From an uncultured Bacillota bacterium (lineage in GTDB: Bacteria; Bacillota; DTU025; MWDF01): DNA of 64,000 nucleotides. Below, in pieces: positions 18,157 to 31,589 of the stretch (the first letter of the stretch is position 1; every line of letters starts with the position of its first letter). The notes under the pieces were generated by a model. The model had not been told where the DNA came from and ran no database searches. It saw only the letters and a list, made by a program, of their open reading frames with translations. The stretch covers positions 96,001 through 160,000 of the forward strand of contig CAWGMK010000007.1 of assembly GCA_963823655.1 (NCBI GenBank). Direction: 5' to 3'. The translations under genes and the position numbers were made by a program.

Positions 18157-20337
18157 ATGAATAAGAAGGCGCTCACTTACTGTCTGGCCGCAACTCTAAT
18201 ACTCACACTTTCGTCAATCGCCCTCGGTACAAGCCTTAAAATCACCCTTAAGGACGGCACAGTTGTCTATTACGAAATTGATGATATTGCTCAAATGGAG
18301 TTCATTGAGGACGCAGCTTCAGGGCAACAGGCTCCGATAGTTGTTCCTCCGGCCGCAGGAGCCGGTCAAACAATACGCCCCGCAGAAATGGTGGCTGTGA
18401 GCAAGAGCTTCAATGGGCCGCTTGATCCATTTTGGACACAGGTGGGCGCCGCCGGTGGCAACTTCCAAAAGTTCGCCAAATTGGAGAACGGACAGCTAAA
18501 CATTGATGTACCTTCAGGCAACAGCTGGGGGAAGACGGGCATCATGAGCTCGGAGCCTCTGTTCACAATAACTAAAGGCATGGCCCAGGACCCGGTGAAA
18601 ATCCTCATTGAGCTTGATCCTTCCGGGACCGACGGTTTCGTAATAGCGTTGAACCCCGTCAGGGACACCGATGCCTGGAACAGGACGAACCTGTGGGGCT
18701 TCTGGGGCAAAGTAGCGGGCACCAACAAGTCTCATTTCGGCCTGACCAGCTACCAGGGAGAAGGGGACTACAGAGCCAACTCCGAGAAAGAGGGAAGGGC
18801 CGTCCCGCAGTTCCTGCTTCTTACTATATGGCCGGGCAAAGCGGAATTGAAGGATCCCGTTTCCGGCGAAACATTCACGGCAAATTATTCCTGGCTCAAA
18901 GAAGGCGTACAACCCTACTTCTTTATCTTCTCCAGCCCGCTGGCGGCAAGCGGCCCATCTAAGCTTGCGGTGAAGTCCATTGAGGTATTCGGAGCGGCAA
19001 AAGTCGCTGAATTTTCCACAAATCCTGCACCGCTCAAGGGCTTTGAAGGCGCACCGGATATCAATATGCAATTCGAAGGAACGCAGCTTGATCCATACTG
19101 GTCGAAGATCGCAGTAGTCGGCGGCAATTTCGATAAATTCGCAAAGATCAGCGGCGGAAAGCTAAGCATAAATGTCTCTTCGGGCAACAGCTGGGGCAAG
19201 ACAGGCGTCGTATCAAAAGCCCCGGTGTTCACAGTCGAAACCGGAATGGCCTCCAATCCCGCCAGGATACTGCTTGAGTTCGATCCCTCTGAGACAGAGA
19301 ATTTCGTGGCAGCGCTTGCCCCAACGATGTATCCGGACGTTTGGCTTACTACAAATACATGGATCAGCTGGGTCAAGAAGCCGGGGACGGAGATATCGTC
19401 ATTCGTGCTTGCCAGCCCACAGGGAGAAGGGGCCCCAACGACCGAGGCGGAGAAGGCCGGGCGAAAGAATCCGCAGCACATGTCCATAACGGTCTATCCC
19501 GGAAAAGTGGAGGTCAAGGACCTGGTGTCAGGGGAGACGCTTGTGGGCAATTATTCTTGGATGAAAGCGGGTACGCCTGTCTACTTCTATCTATTCAGCT
19601 CCCCGTATATTGAAGGTGGGCCTGCCAAGTTCTCGCTGAAATCCTTCAAAGTCTTCGGATTGGGCAAACAGGAAGCGGTAGAGGGTGGCATGGAAACAGA
19701 CGTGCTTGCCGATGCAGGCATCACAGGCACCCCTGCAATGATCGAAGAGTTCGAAGAGCCACTGAGCTCACTTTGGGACAAGATTGAAGTGGTAGGGGGC
19801 AACTTCAACAAATTTGCCAAAGTGGCAAACGGCGAGCTCACAATAGATGTGCCTTCTGGCAACAGTTGGGGAAAGACTGGAATATTGTCGGCCTTCCCGA
19901 TGCTTACTGTTGAAAGCGGAATGTCTACAAGACCGGCCAGGATATTAGTAGAATTTAACCAGCAATTGACCGAAAACGTACTGCTGGCGCTCTCCGAAAT
20001 CAAAAATCCGGACGTGTGGCTCACCACCAATGTCTGGGCGAATTACATGAAGAAGCCGGGATCGGCAGATACCAATTTCATTCTCGTTAGCTCTCAAGGC
20101 GAAGGAGCTCCCACGGACAAAGCTACAAGAAGCGACAGGCCGATACCTAAGTACCTGATGCTTACGATATGGCCCGGGAAAGTCGAGTTCAAGGACCTTG
20201 ACACAAAAGAGACGCTTACGGCCAATTACCCTTGGATTAAGGTGGGAACACCGATCTACTTCTATGCTTTCGTTCACCCATGGGAAATGGGAGGACCGGC
20301 GAAGATGTCCATAAAATCCATCAAGATCTACAAGTAG
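18157..20337 (+). CDS. Secreted protein with three tandem ~200-aa repeat domains
   Basis: GAGGAGG RBS; Sec signal MNKKALTY...SIALG; GGNFxKFAK...VxSGNSWGKTG and QGEG recur three times. Confidence 0.75.
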   Translation: MNKKALTYCLAATLILTLSSIALGTSLKITLKDGTVVYYEIDDIAQMEFIEDAASGQQAPIVVPPAAGAGQTIRPAEMVAVSKSFNGPLDPFWTQVGAAGGNFQKFAKLENGQLNIDVPSGNSWGKTGIMSSEPLFTITKGMAQDPVKILIELDPSGTDGFVIALNPVRDTDAWNRTNLWGFWGKVAGTNKSHFGLTSYQGEGDYRANSEKEGRAVPQFLLLTIWPGKAELKDPVSGETFTANYSWLKEGVQPYFFIFSSPLAASGPSKLAVKSIEVFGAAKVAEFSTNPAPLKGFEGAPDINMQFEGTQLDPYWSKIAVVGGNFDKFAKISGGKLSINVSSGNSWGKTGVVSKAPVFTVETGMASNPARILLEFDPSETENFVAALAPTMYPDVWLTTNTWISWVKKPGTEISSFVLASPQGEGAPTTEAEKAGRKNPQHMSITVYPGKVEVKDLVSGETLVGNYSWMKAGTPVYFYLFSSPYIEGGPAKFSLKSFKVFGLGKQEAVEGGMETDVLADAGITGTPAMIEEFEEPLSSLWDKIEVVGGNFNKFAKVANGELTIDVPSGNSWGKTGILSAFPMLTVESGMSTRPARILVEFNQQLTENVLLALSEIKNPDVWLTTNVWANYMKKPGSADTNFILVSSQGEGAPTDKATRSDRPIPKYLMLTIWPGKVEFKDLDTKETLTANYPWIKVGTPIYFYAFVHPWEMGGPAKMSIKSIKIYK

Positions 20338-20494
20338 TCCTTTAGACAAGACTTCAGGGATGACTGCTGATGCCGGACTGAGAGGGTAAACGAGCCCAGG
20401 CAGCCCGGCATCATGCATTGTCGGGGCAGTTGAGCAACAACCGCTTTTGTTAACGGGCAAGCTATACGACAGAGGAGAACTTGCCTAATCAGGC

Positions 20495-20570
20495 TTGACT
20501 TGCCCTTGCCCGCGCGATATAGTAATAAAGCCACACTGCTAGCAATACGCACGTGGCGGCTCTTTGAAAA
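20495..20570 (+). promoter_or_regulatory. rRNA operon SigA promoter and boxA-like/processing-stem element
   Basis: TTGACT-17 bp-TATAGT (20495-20523); GCTCTTTGAAAA 20559-20570, whose flank pairs with 22391-22417. Confidence 0.8.
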
Positions 20571-20721
20571 CCGGGAATAGGGAAGGACAGCAAACGAGGA
20601 AAAAGAGAGAGAAAGAGACTCTAAATAAGCGAGCGGGCGAAGAGGATCTTTGAGAAACTTGTCAGCGGATGAAAAAAAGCTAGGTTAGAGCAGACCTCTA
20701 ATGGGGTTTAGCGATAAACTT

Positions 20722-22264
<1,543 letters not shown>

Positions 22265-22430
22265 TTAGGCGAAGCGCTCAGGCGCCGAGCCGAAGACTTC
22301 AGGTCGATGATCAATTCGTCCAAGAAAGCTCGCGCCGGTGGCTGACAAGCCGGCGGGTCAATGACTCTCTCAGACAGCTCGTAAGTTCAACTTCCATGTT
22401 CCCGGTTTCCAGGGAGTCTTCCTTGGAGAT

Positions 22431-22507
<77 letters not shown>

Positions 22508-22572
22508 TCTTTTTGAACCGAGGCGCTGACCCTCAGCTGATTCAGCATCCTTCGTTCAAGGTTTGGCAATAT

Positions 22573-22648
22573 GGGGATGTAGCTCAGTTGGGAGAGCACC
22601 TGCTTTGCACGCAGGGGGTCGTCGGTTCGAGTCCGATCATCTCCACCA
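22573..22648 (+). tRNA. tRNA-Ala (TGC)
   Basis: GGGGATG...CATCTCCACCA with G3-U70; anticodon loop TTTGCAC. Confidence 0.97.
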
Positions 22649-22816
22649 AAAAGCTCGGGTACTTGTGATACAGGATTTGGGCAATGCTCTTTGGCAACCG
22701 CATAAGGGAAAAGTGAAGAGGAAAGACAAAAAGGGTAACAAAAGGCAAGTGTATACAGTCCAGGCGAATACCTGGGAAAAGATAGAAGAAGCGCGTAAAG
22801 GGAAATAAAGACAATT

Positions 22817-25762
<2,946 letters not shown>

Positions 25763-25882
25763 TTCATAGCGGACTTCTGCCTTAAGAACAGATATCCGCC
25801 GTGACTGTAGCTTGCCCAACCCATTACCCCATAAATCCATCCTCTTCTTCAATTCACCTTTTGCGGTTGCCAAAGGGCATTA

Positions 25883-25913
25883 AATGGGCCTGATCTTTCG
25901 GATCAGGCCCATT
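25883..25913 (+). terminator. Terminator-like hairpin ending the rRNA operon
   Basis: AATGGGCCTGATC-TTTCG-GATCAGGCCCATT, a 13-bp stem right after the 23S processing stem. Confidence 0.7.
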
Positions 25914-25943
25914 ACTATTAAATATAAGACCAGGAGGTAAAAT

Positions 25944-26465
25944 ATGGCTGTAAACAGGACAAACCAGCTTACTTTATCAGCTATGTTCGTAGCAATGGCG
26001 CTGCTGATCCCGAGGCTGTTACACTCCGTCCCGAACGCAGGGACGCTGCTTCTGCCCATGCACTATCCCATCTTGCTCGGAGCTTTCTTCCTTGAACCTG
26101 GGTATGCGCTTATGGTCGGGCTCCTGAGCCCTGTGCTGAGCACCCTTATAACCGGCATGCCCCCTGCATTTCCCGGTGCTTCCGTTCATGGCGGCCGAGC
26201 TGGGCACATATGCGTTGCTGCGAGCATCCTGTACAGGAAAATCAAGATGGACAAGAACATCGCCCTCGTCGGGGCGATGGTATTGGGGCGTTTTGCGGCT
26301 TCGGTTGCGGTCTGGATTCTGGTTATCGCATTCGGTGCGAAACTGCCGTCGCCCTGGATATTCTTTGCCGGAGCATTCACAGGAAGCCTTCCTGGAATAG
26401 CGATACAGCTTGCCAGCATACCGGCAATAGTCTCTCTGATACAAAAAGGAAGGGCCGCCAGGTAG
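25944..26465 (+). CDS. ECF transporter S component (two compensating indels at ~26173 and ~26221)
   Basis: LLPMHYP.LL, G.LSP..S.L.TGMPP; the expected MAAELGTY segment is in another frame. Confidence 0.8.
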   Translation: MAVNRTNQLTLSAMFVAMALLIPRLLHSVPNAGTLLLPMHYPILLGAFFLEPGYALMVGLLSPVLSTLITGMPPAFPGASVHGGRAGHICVAASILYRKIKMDKNIALVGAMVLGRFAASVAVWILVIAFGAKLPSPWIFFAGAFTGSLPGIAIQLASIPAIVSLIQKGRAAR

Positions 26466-26505
26466 CAGCCCAAACCGATTAAATATTGAAGCAAAAGAGG
26501 GGGGA

Positions 26506-27405
26506 TCAAACCCTCTTTTTTGCTTTCTTCAGCTTCAACGCCGCTATCTGTTCTTCGGAGTAGTTGGGCGGTGCCAAAAGCCTTTCGGGGTGTTCCAGGT
26601 AATCTTTGAACACTTTGAGAGAGTTGCCGTAGTACATCCCGTCCGCGAGCCTGTCGTCCAGCGTCATATATATGTCGAGGACACTGGCTATTTTCCCCTC
26701 GCCGCTTCTAGAATCTAAAACAGGCGCTTTCTTTATCTTGCCGATTGCGATTATGACGCCGCTGTTGCCCCAGTTGAACAGGTGATGGAACACGCCGTCT
26801 ATGCCGATGCTGCCGAGATTCGTCATCAATACAGTGCTGTAGGAGGGGTCGTTGTCTATCATGAAGCCGGGCAGCATGTTGTTCGCGTCCAACAATTTAT
26901 AGAGCCACATGAAGGTCCCGATGACGGGCTTGGGCATCTTCATCAGGAAGTCCACTTCCCTCTCAGAGCCGCTGCCGGCCTCGCTCTTACCAATCGCGAT
27001 GTCCGCCCTTACCTTTCTTGCGACATCGAAAACGGTGTCGTTCGGCAAGAATGTTGTCTTCACAAGTCCCTCGATGCCCTCGTCACTGAACTCCTTCTTG
27101 GCCACCAGGCTGAAGGATATCTCATTCCTTTGATAGAAGTCGTGCCCGGAAACGAATGTGTTCATCAGGGGGCGCTCAACAACAGCCCGGATATAAGCTG
27201 CGATTATCAGATGAAGTATTGTTATCCTATCACCCAGCGCCCTGCCTCGGTTCAGCTCCAAAAGTTGCGATATCGCCGCGTCCATTTTGAAAGTCTCCTT
27301 GTAGTACAAAGAAGACTCATCCCTAGTAACGCAGGTATAAGTGAGGACTTTCTTGAAGCTTGGCACTTTGATGTATGTGCCGTCGGGCCTGTTCCTGAAA
27401 AGCAT
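26506..27405 (-). CDS. Stand-alone 2-oxoacid dehydrogenase E2-like (CAT-fold) acyltransferase domain protein, paralog 1
   Basis: TNLGSIG, LDDRLADG (cf. DHRxxDG); no lipoyl domain; GGGAGGGG RBS. Confidence 0.8.
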   Translation of the reverse strand: MLFRNRPDGTYIKVPSFKKVLTYTCVTRDESSLYYKETFKMDAAISQLLELNRGRALGDRITILHLIIAAYIRAVVERPLMNTFVSGHDFYQRNEISFSLVAKKEFSDEGIEGLVKTTFLPNDTVFDVARKVRADIAIGKSEAGSGSEREVDFLMKMPKPVIGTFMWLYKLLDANNMLPGFMIDNDPSYSTVLMTNLGSIGIDGVFHHLFNWGNSGVIIAIGKIKKAPVLDSRSGEGKIASVLDIYMTLDDRLADGMYYGNSLKVFKDYLEHPERLLAPPNYSEEQIAALKLKKAKKRV

Positions 27406-27549
27406 CCCGTACCCCTCCCGAAAAACATGCTCAATATTCCTTCCACACAAAAGCCTGAATATCCTATGTAAGACCCCATCTTCGCCGAAGAATCAAAAGG
27501 CCCGCGGCATATCATCACATCCGCAGGCCCGAGTGATTGCCAGGCACCC

Positions 27550-28434
27550 CTAGTCCTTAAGCTTCAGCTCGGCGATCTGTTCCTTTGTGAACTGGCCGCT
27601 TTCCATCAATTGCCTGGGATGCTCGATGTAATTCTTGAACAGCCGCAGCGAGTTGCCGTAATAGACGCCGTCCGCCACCCTGTCGTCCAGGGTGATTTTC
27701 ATATCCATTACATTGGTTACCTTGACAATCCCGCTCCTGGTCTCGTATAGCGGACCCTTCTTGAGTTTGCCCACGGATATGAATATCGAGCATGTGCCCC
27801 AGTTATAAAGGTGATGGTAGATCGTATCCATGCCGATGCTGCCGAGGTTTGTGAAGAAGGCCGTCGAATATATCGGGTCGGTCTTGATCATGAATCCAGG
27901 CAGGAGGTTGTGGTAATCAAGGAACTTATAAGTCCAGATGAAGGCCTTTATGAAGGGCCTGGGGAGAGCCATCACGATGTCGATTTCCTTTTCGGTCTTG
28001 TTGCCCGCCTCACTCTTCCCGTGGACGACCGCTTCTCTTATCTTGCGCGCAACGTCCTGCAGGGAGTCGTTGGGTTTCAAGGATATCCTGACTATGGATT
28101 CTTCGCCCTCATCGGTCAGGTCCTTCTTCGCTACGAAGCTGAAAAGTATCTCATTCCTGCGATAATACCTCTGCCCTGCTACGAAAGTGTTGAGGATGGG
28201 CCTTTCGGCTATGGTCCTGAGAAGGGACGTAAGTATTATATGGAAGAGGTTTATCCTGTCTTCGGGCTGTTTGCCGCGGTTCACCTCAAGAAGCATCTCT
28301 ATGGCTTCATCCATGTTGAACCTGTCGGTGCAGAAGAGCACCGACTCGTCCCTTGTTGGGAACATGTAGGGGTTCAGCTTCTTGAAATTGGGGACCTTCA
28401 ATGCCGTTCCATCGGGCCTATCCCTGAATATCAT
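27550..28434 (-). CDS. Stand-alone E2-like acyltransferase domain protein, paralog 2
   Basis: TNLGSIG, LDDRVADG; clearly homologous to its neighbour; GGAGGA RBS. Confidence 0.8.
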   Translation of the reverse strand: MIFRDRPDGTALKVPNFKKLNPYMFPTRDESVLFCTDRFNMDEAIEMLLEVNRGKQPEDRINLFHIILTSLLRTIAERPILNTFVAGQRYYRRNEILFSFVAKKDLTDEGEESIVRISLKPNDSLQDVARKIREAVVHGKSEAGNKTEKEIDIVMALPRPFIKAFIWTYKFLDYHNLLPGFMIKTDPIYSTAFFTNLGSIGMDTIYHHLYNWGTCSIFISVGKLKKGPLYETRSGIVKVTNVMDMKITLDDRVADGVYYGNSLRLFKNYIEHPRQLMESGQFTKEQIAELKLKD

Positions 28435-28714
28435 CAGAAATCCTCCGGTGTCTAAAGCTTTACCTGTCAATTATACATCATCAACCGGGCGCAAGAACTC
28501 CGGCACAAATGAAACGACAAACAGGTCGCAATCTTTCACATACAAGCACAAAGTGTGAAAAAGACCGGAGCAGGGATCGGGCCGAGCATGCCTCTGGGCA
28601 ATTTCTCCTGTAATAGAAGAGGTTTCATTGATAGAATAGACATTGATGAATTGCCTGGCGCGGGCTACGTGTCTTACGGCCCGCGCTTGGATTTTCATCT
28701 TGCAGGAGGGCTCT

Positions 28715-29536
28715 ATGCGCTACAGGATGCTGGTTACGGACCTGGACTACACGTGCCTCGATGAGAGGCATGAGATCCCGGAAGTGAATCTCAGGGCCGC
28801 GAAAAGGGCTATTGAGGAGGGTATCATCTTCTCCATAGCCACGGGCAGGGGGAAGGCGGCGGCGCAGATGCCGGTCAGCCAATTGGGCCCCAACGCCCCG
28901 GTGATACTGCAAAACGGCATGAACATATATGATTTCGGAAAAGACCTGATGATCAGGGAGCATATCGTAGACATCAACACTGCGATAAAGGCGGTCGCTT
29001 GGGGAGATAAAAGGGGAGTCATACCTGTGATTTCTGTCGGCGATAGGCATTATGTGTCGAAGCGCGGCGGTAAGAAAATCGACGATCTAGAAAGGCTCGA
29101 GGGGGTTCCGACCATAGAGACGGGCGATATGGAACAATTCCTCGTTAAAGAAAGAGAAAGCATCGCGGTGGCGAATGTACTATACATTTGTGAACCGGAG
29201 GAGCGCGACACGGTAGCGGCCGAGGCGGCGCTCGTCTTCCCTGAAATGAACGTTATAGTCTCTGGGCCACCTTTTGTGGAGTTTCTGAACAAGGATGCGT
29301 CCAAAGGGCATGCTCTGGTCGAGATTTGCGAACTGATGGGAATAAATATGTCGGAAGTCGTAGTAGTCGGGGACGCCCAGAACGATGCCGAGATGTTAAG
29401 GCTGGCGGGAATGTCCTATGCTGTCGCAAACGCAGACGAGGACATTAAAAAGATAGCCAAGAAGGTGTGCGTTCGCAGCAATAATGACGGAGTCCTTCCT
29501 GAGGTGCTCCAAGATGCATTCGGAATCGAGATATAA
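28715..29536 (+). CDS. Cof-type HAD-IIB family hydrolase
   Basis: TDLDYT, IATGR, SKG.AL, GDAQNDAEML. Confidence 0.92.
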   Translation: MRYRMLVTDLDYTCLDERHEIPEVNLRAAKRAIEEGIIFSIATGRGKAAAQMPVSQLGPNAPVILQNGMNIYDFGKDLMIREHIVDINTAIKAVAWGDKRGVIPVISVGDRHYVSKRGGKKIDDLERLEGVPTIETGDMEQFLVKERESIAVANVLYICEPEERDTVAAEAALVFPEMNVIVSGPPFVEFLNKDASKGHALVEICELMGINMSEVVVVGDAQNDAEMLRLAGMSYAVANADEDIKKIAKKVCVRSNNDGVLPEVLQDAFGIEI

Positions 29537-29573
29537 GCGGAAGCCAATCAGATTTGAACTGCAGGTGATATGA

Positions 29574-31109
29574 ATGTCGGATAAAAAGAAGCTAATGCTT
29601 GTAATAATGGACGGTTGGGGTGTACCCAAGAAGCTGTCAGACAGCGCGATAACGCCTGTCAATGCCCCCAATGTGACCAAGATGTCCGATCTTAACCCCT
29701 ACTGCACTCTGCCTGCTCACGGCAGGGCAGTGGGACTTCCCGACGGCCAGATGGGAGGCTCCGAAGTTGGGCACCTATGTCTGGGCGCGGGTCGAGTCGT
29801 CCCCCAAGCCCTCGCCTATATTGACGGGCTGATCGAATCAGGGGAGTTCTACAAGAACGAAGTAATTGCCGAAGCCTTCGATTCCGCAAAGAAGTCGGGA
29901 GGCTCCGTGCACCTATTGGGGCTGTTGTCGCCGGGCGGCGTACACTCTCACACCAGACAGGTAGAGGCCATCGTTAAATTTGCCAAGGCATCAGGCGTCG
30001 AGAGATTGTTCTTGCACGCATTCCTCGACGGCAGGGACGTGCCACCCAGAAGCGCCAGGGAGCAGGTGGCGGATGTCGAGGCGATGCTTAAAAGGGAGGG
30101 CCTCGGCAGGATAGCCACGGTATCCGGAAGGTATTATCCCATGGACCGCGACAACAGATGGGACAGGGTCAAAAGGGGCTGGGACGCAATAGTCCTGGGA
30201 AGAGGAAGGATAGCCGCAAGCGCTGAGGAAGCTATAGACACATCCTACCAGGAGGGCATAAACGACGAGTTCGTAGAGCCCACCGTAATATTCCACGACG
30301 GAATGGCCATAGGGAAAGTAAAAGATGGCGATTCCGTGATATTCTTCAACTTCAGGGGAGACAGGGCGCGGGAGCTGACCAGGGCATTCAACGAACCCGG
30401 TTTCGATTCCTTCATCAGGGAGTCCGTGCCGAAGACGCACTTCGTCTGCTTCATGGATTATTTGAAAGAGCCGGGATACAAGATAGCATTTTCGCAGCCG
30501 GATACGAAGGAAGGCCTCTCTGAGACCCTTTCCGGACACGGCCTGAAGCAGCTGCATACGGCGGAGACAGAGAAGTTCGCCCATGTGACCTACTTCTTCA
30601 ATGGCGGCAAGGAAGAGCCTTTTGAAGGCGAGGACAGGGTAATGGTCCCTTCTCCGAGAGTCGCCACATACGATCTAAAGCCCGACATGAGCGCCCACGA
30701 AGTATCGGAAGTGGTTATCGGGGCGCTGAAATCGGAGAAATACGACTTCATAGTCGTGAATTTCGCAAACTGCGACATGGTCGGGCATACTGGCTTCTTC
30801 GATGCAACGGTCGAGGCTGTGAAGACCGTGGATTTCTGCGTCGGAAGGATAGTGGAAAAGGCAAGGTCCATAGGCTGGACGGTAATGATAACCGCAGATC
30901 ATGGAAACGCGGATGAGATGAAGGACCCGTCCACAAGGGATACATCCACGGCCCATTCGCTAAACCCTGTTCCGTTCATCGTAATAGGAGAGGGAGATAT
31001 AAAACTGAGGGAGGACGGGGACTTCGGCGATGTGGCGCCTACTGTCCTTGATGCCCTGGGAATTGAAAAGCCGGCCGCTATGACCGGCAGGAGCCTTATA
31101 ATCAGATAA
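29574..31109 (+). CDS. gpmI: 2,3-bisphosphoglycerate-independent phosphoglycerate mutase
   Basis: IMDGWG, QMGGSEVGH, GGVHSH, DGRD, AETEK.AHVT, DMVGHTG, TADHGN. Confidence 0.97.
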   Translation: MSDKKKLMLVIMDGWGVPKKLSDSAITPVNAPNVTKMSDLNPYCTLPAHGRAVGLPDGQMGGSEVGHLCLGAGRVVPQALAYIDGLIESGEFYKNEVIAEAFDSAKKSGGSVHLLGLLSPGGVHSHTRQVEAIVKFAKASGVERLFLHAFLDGRDVPPRSAREQVADVEAMLKREGLGRIATVSGRYYPMDRDNRWDRVKRGWDAIVLGRGRIAASAEEAIDTSYQEGINDEFVEPTVIFHDGMAIGKVKDGDSVIFFNFRGDRARELTRAFNEPGFDSFIRESVPKTHFVCFMDYLKEPGYKIAFSQPDTKEGLSETLSGHGLKQLHTAETEKFAHVTYFFNGGKEEPFEGEDRVMVPSPRVATYDLKPDMSAHEVSEVVIGALKSEKYDFIVVNFANCDMVGHTGFFDATVEAVKTVDFCVGRIVEKARSIGWTVMITADHGNADEMKDPSTRDTSTAHSLNPVPFIVIGEGDIKLREDGDFGDVAPTVLDALGIEKPAAMTGRSLIIR

Positions 31110-31505
31110 TCAAGCCATTCCCAGGCTGAGCGTGCTCAGCGTGTCTATGGTGCCCGGCTTGAAAGAAGCGTGACGGAAAGTATGCTTCATGGCCATTATG
31201 CTGAGAAATTGCGGGAAAAGGGCCGATTCCACAGGCTTTCTAAGATCGAGCGACATGGCAAGCGAAGCGTCGGGAAGCATCACATCGATCTCCTTGGCGC
31301 CGGATGTGTAGGCAGAATCAAGGGCCATCCTTACGGCATCAAGCCTTGCGGAGCGCATGCCCTTTTCGGGAGGATCGATGCGGCGGACTATCTCCGATAC
31401 TGTACGGCCTTCGGAGTCAAGAAGAAGCGCCCAGGCGTTCGCCCCGCTGTCGTGCCTTAGAAAAGCGTCGATATAGGCAGTGACCTTTCCTTGTATCTTG
31501 GACAT
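31110..31505 (-). CDS. Small RNase HI-fold-like protein with degenerate active site, predicted SOS-regulated
   Basis: V.AYIDA...G...WALL.D.EG / A...A...AL..A...GAKEIDV..PD pattern matches the RNase HI strand-helix order; GAGGTG RBS. Confidence 0.6.
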   Translation of the reverse strand: MSKIQGKVTAYIDAFLRHDSGANAWALLLDSEGRTVSEIVRRIDPPEKGMRSARLDAVRMALDSAYTSGAKEIDVMLPDASLAMSLDLRKPVESALFPQFLSIMAMKHTFRHASFKPGTIDTLSTLSLGMA

Positions 31506-31534
31506 GGTATTCACCTCGCATCCTAACTGATTTT

Positions 31535-31562
31535 ATTATACCGAACATATGTTCGATGTCAA
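31535..31562 (-). promoter_or_regulatory. SigA promoter with a LexA (Cheo/SOS) box in its spacer
   Basis: Minus strand TTGACA-16 bp-TATAAT; CGAACATATGTTCG at 31542-31555. Confidence 0.85.
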
Positions 31563-31589
31563 TAAGCAAGGGGGTGTTTTCTACCCAAA

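Noticed and set aside
18400-20337. Recurring nucleotide words (GGCAACAGCTGGGG...) as a CRISPR or DNA repeat
   Set aside because: Spacing of about 660-680 bp in frame within one CDS; explained by protein domain repeats
20357-20425. GC-rich hairpin upstream of the rrn promoter as a possible ncRNA or displaced 5S
   Set aside because: Lacks 5S conserved motifs; best explained as a terminator-like stem for the upstream gene
22720-22816. Purine-rich low-complexity tracts before 23S and 16S
   Set aside because: Pre-rRNA spacer sequence inside the processing stems; no independent function evident
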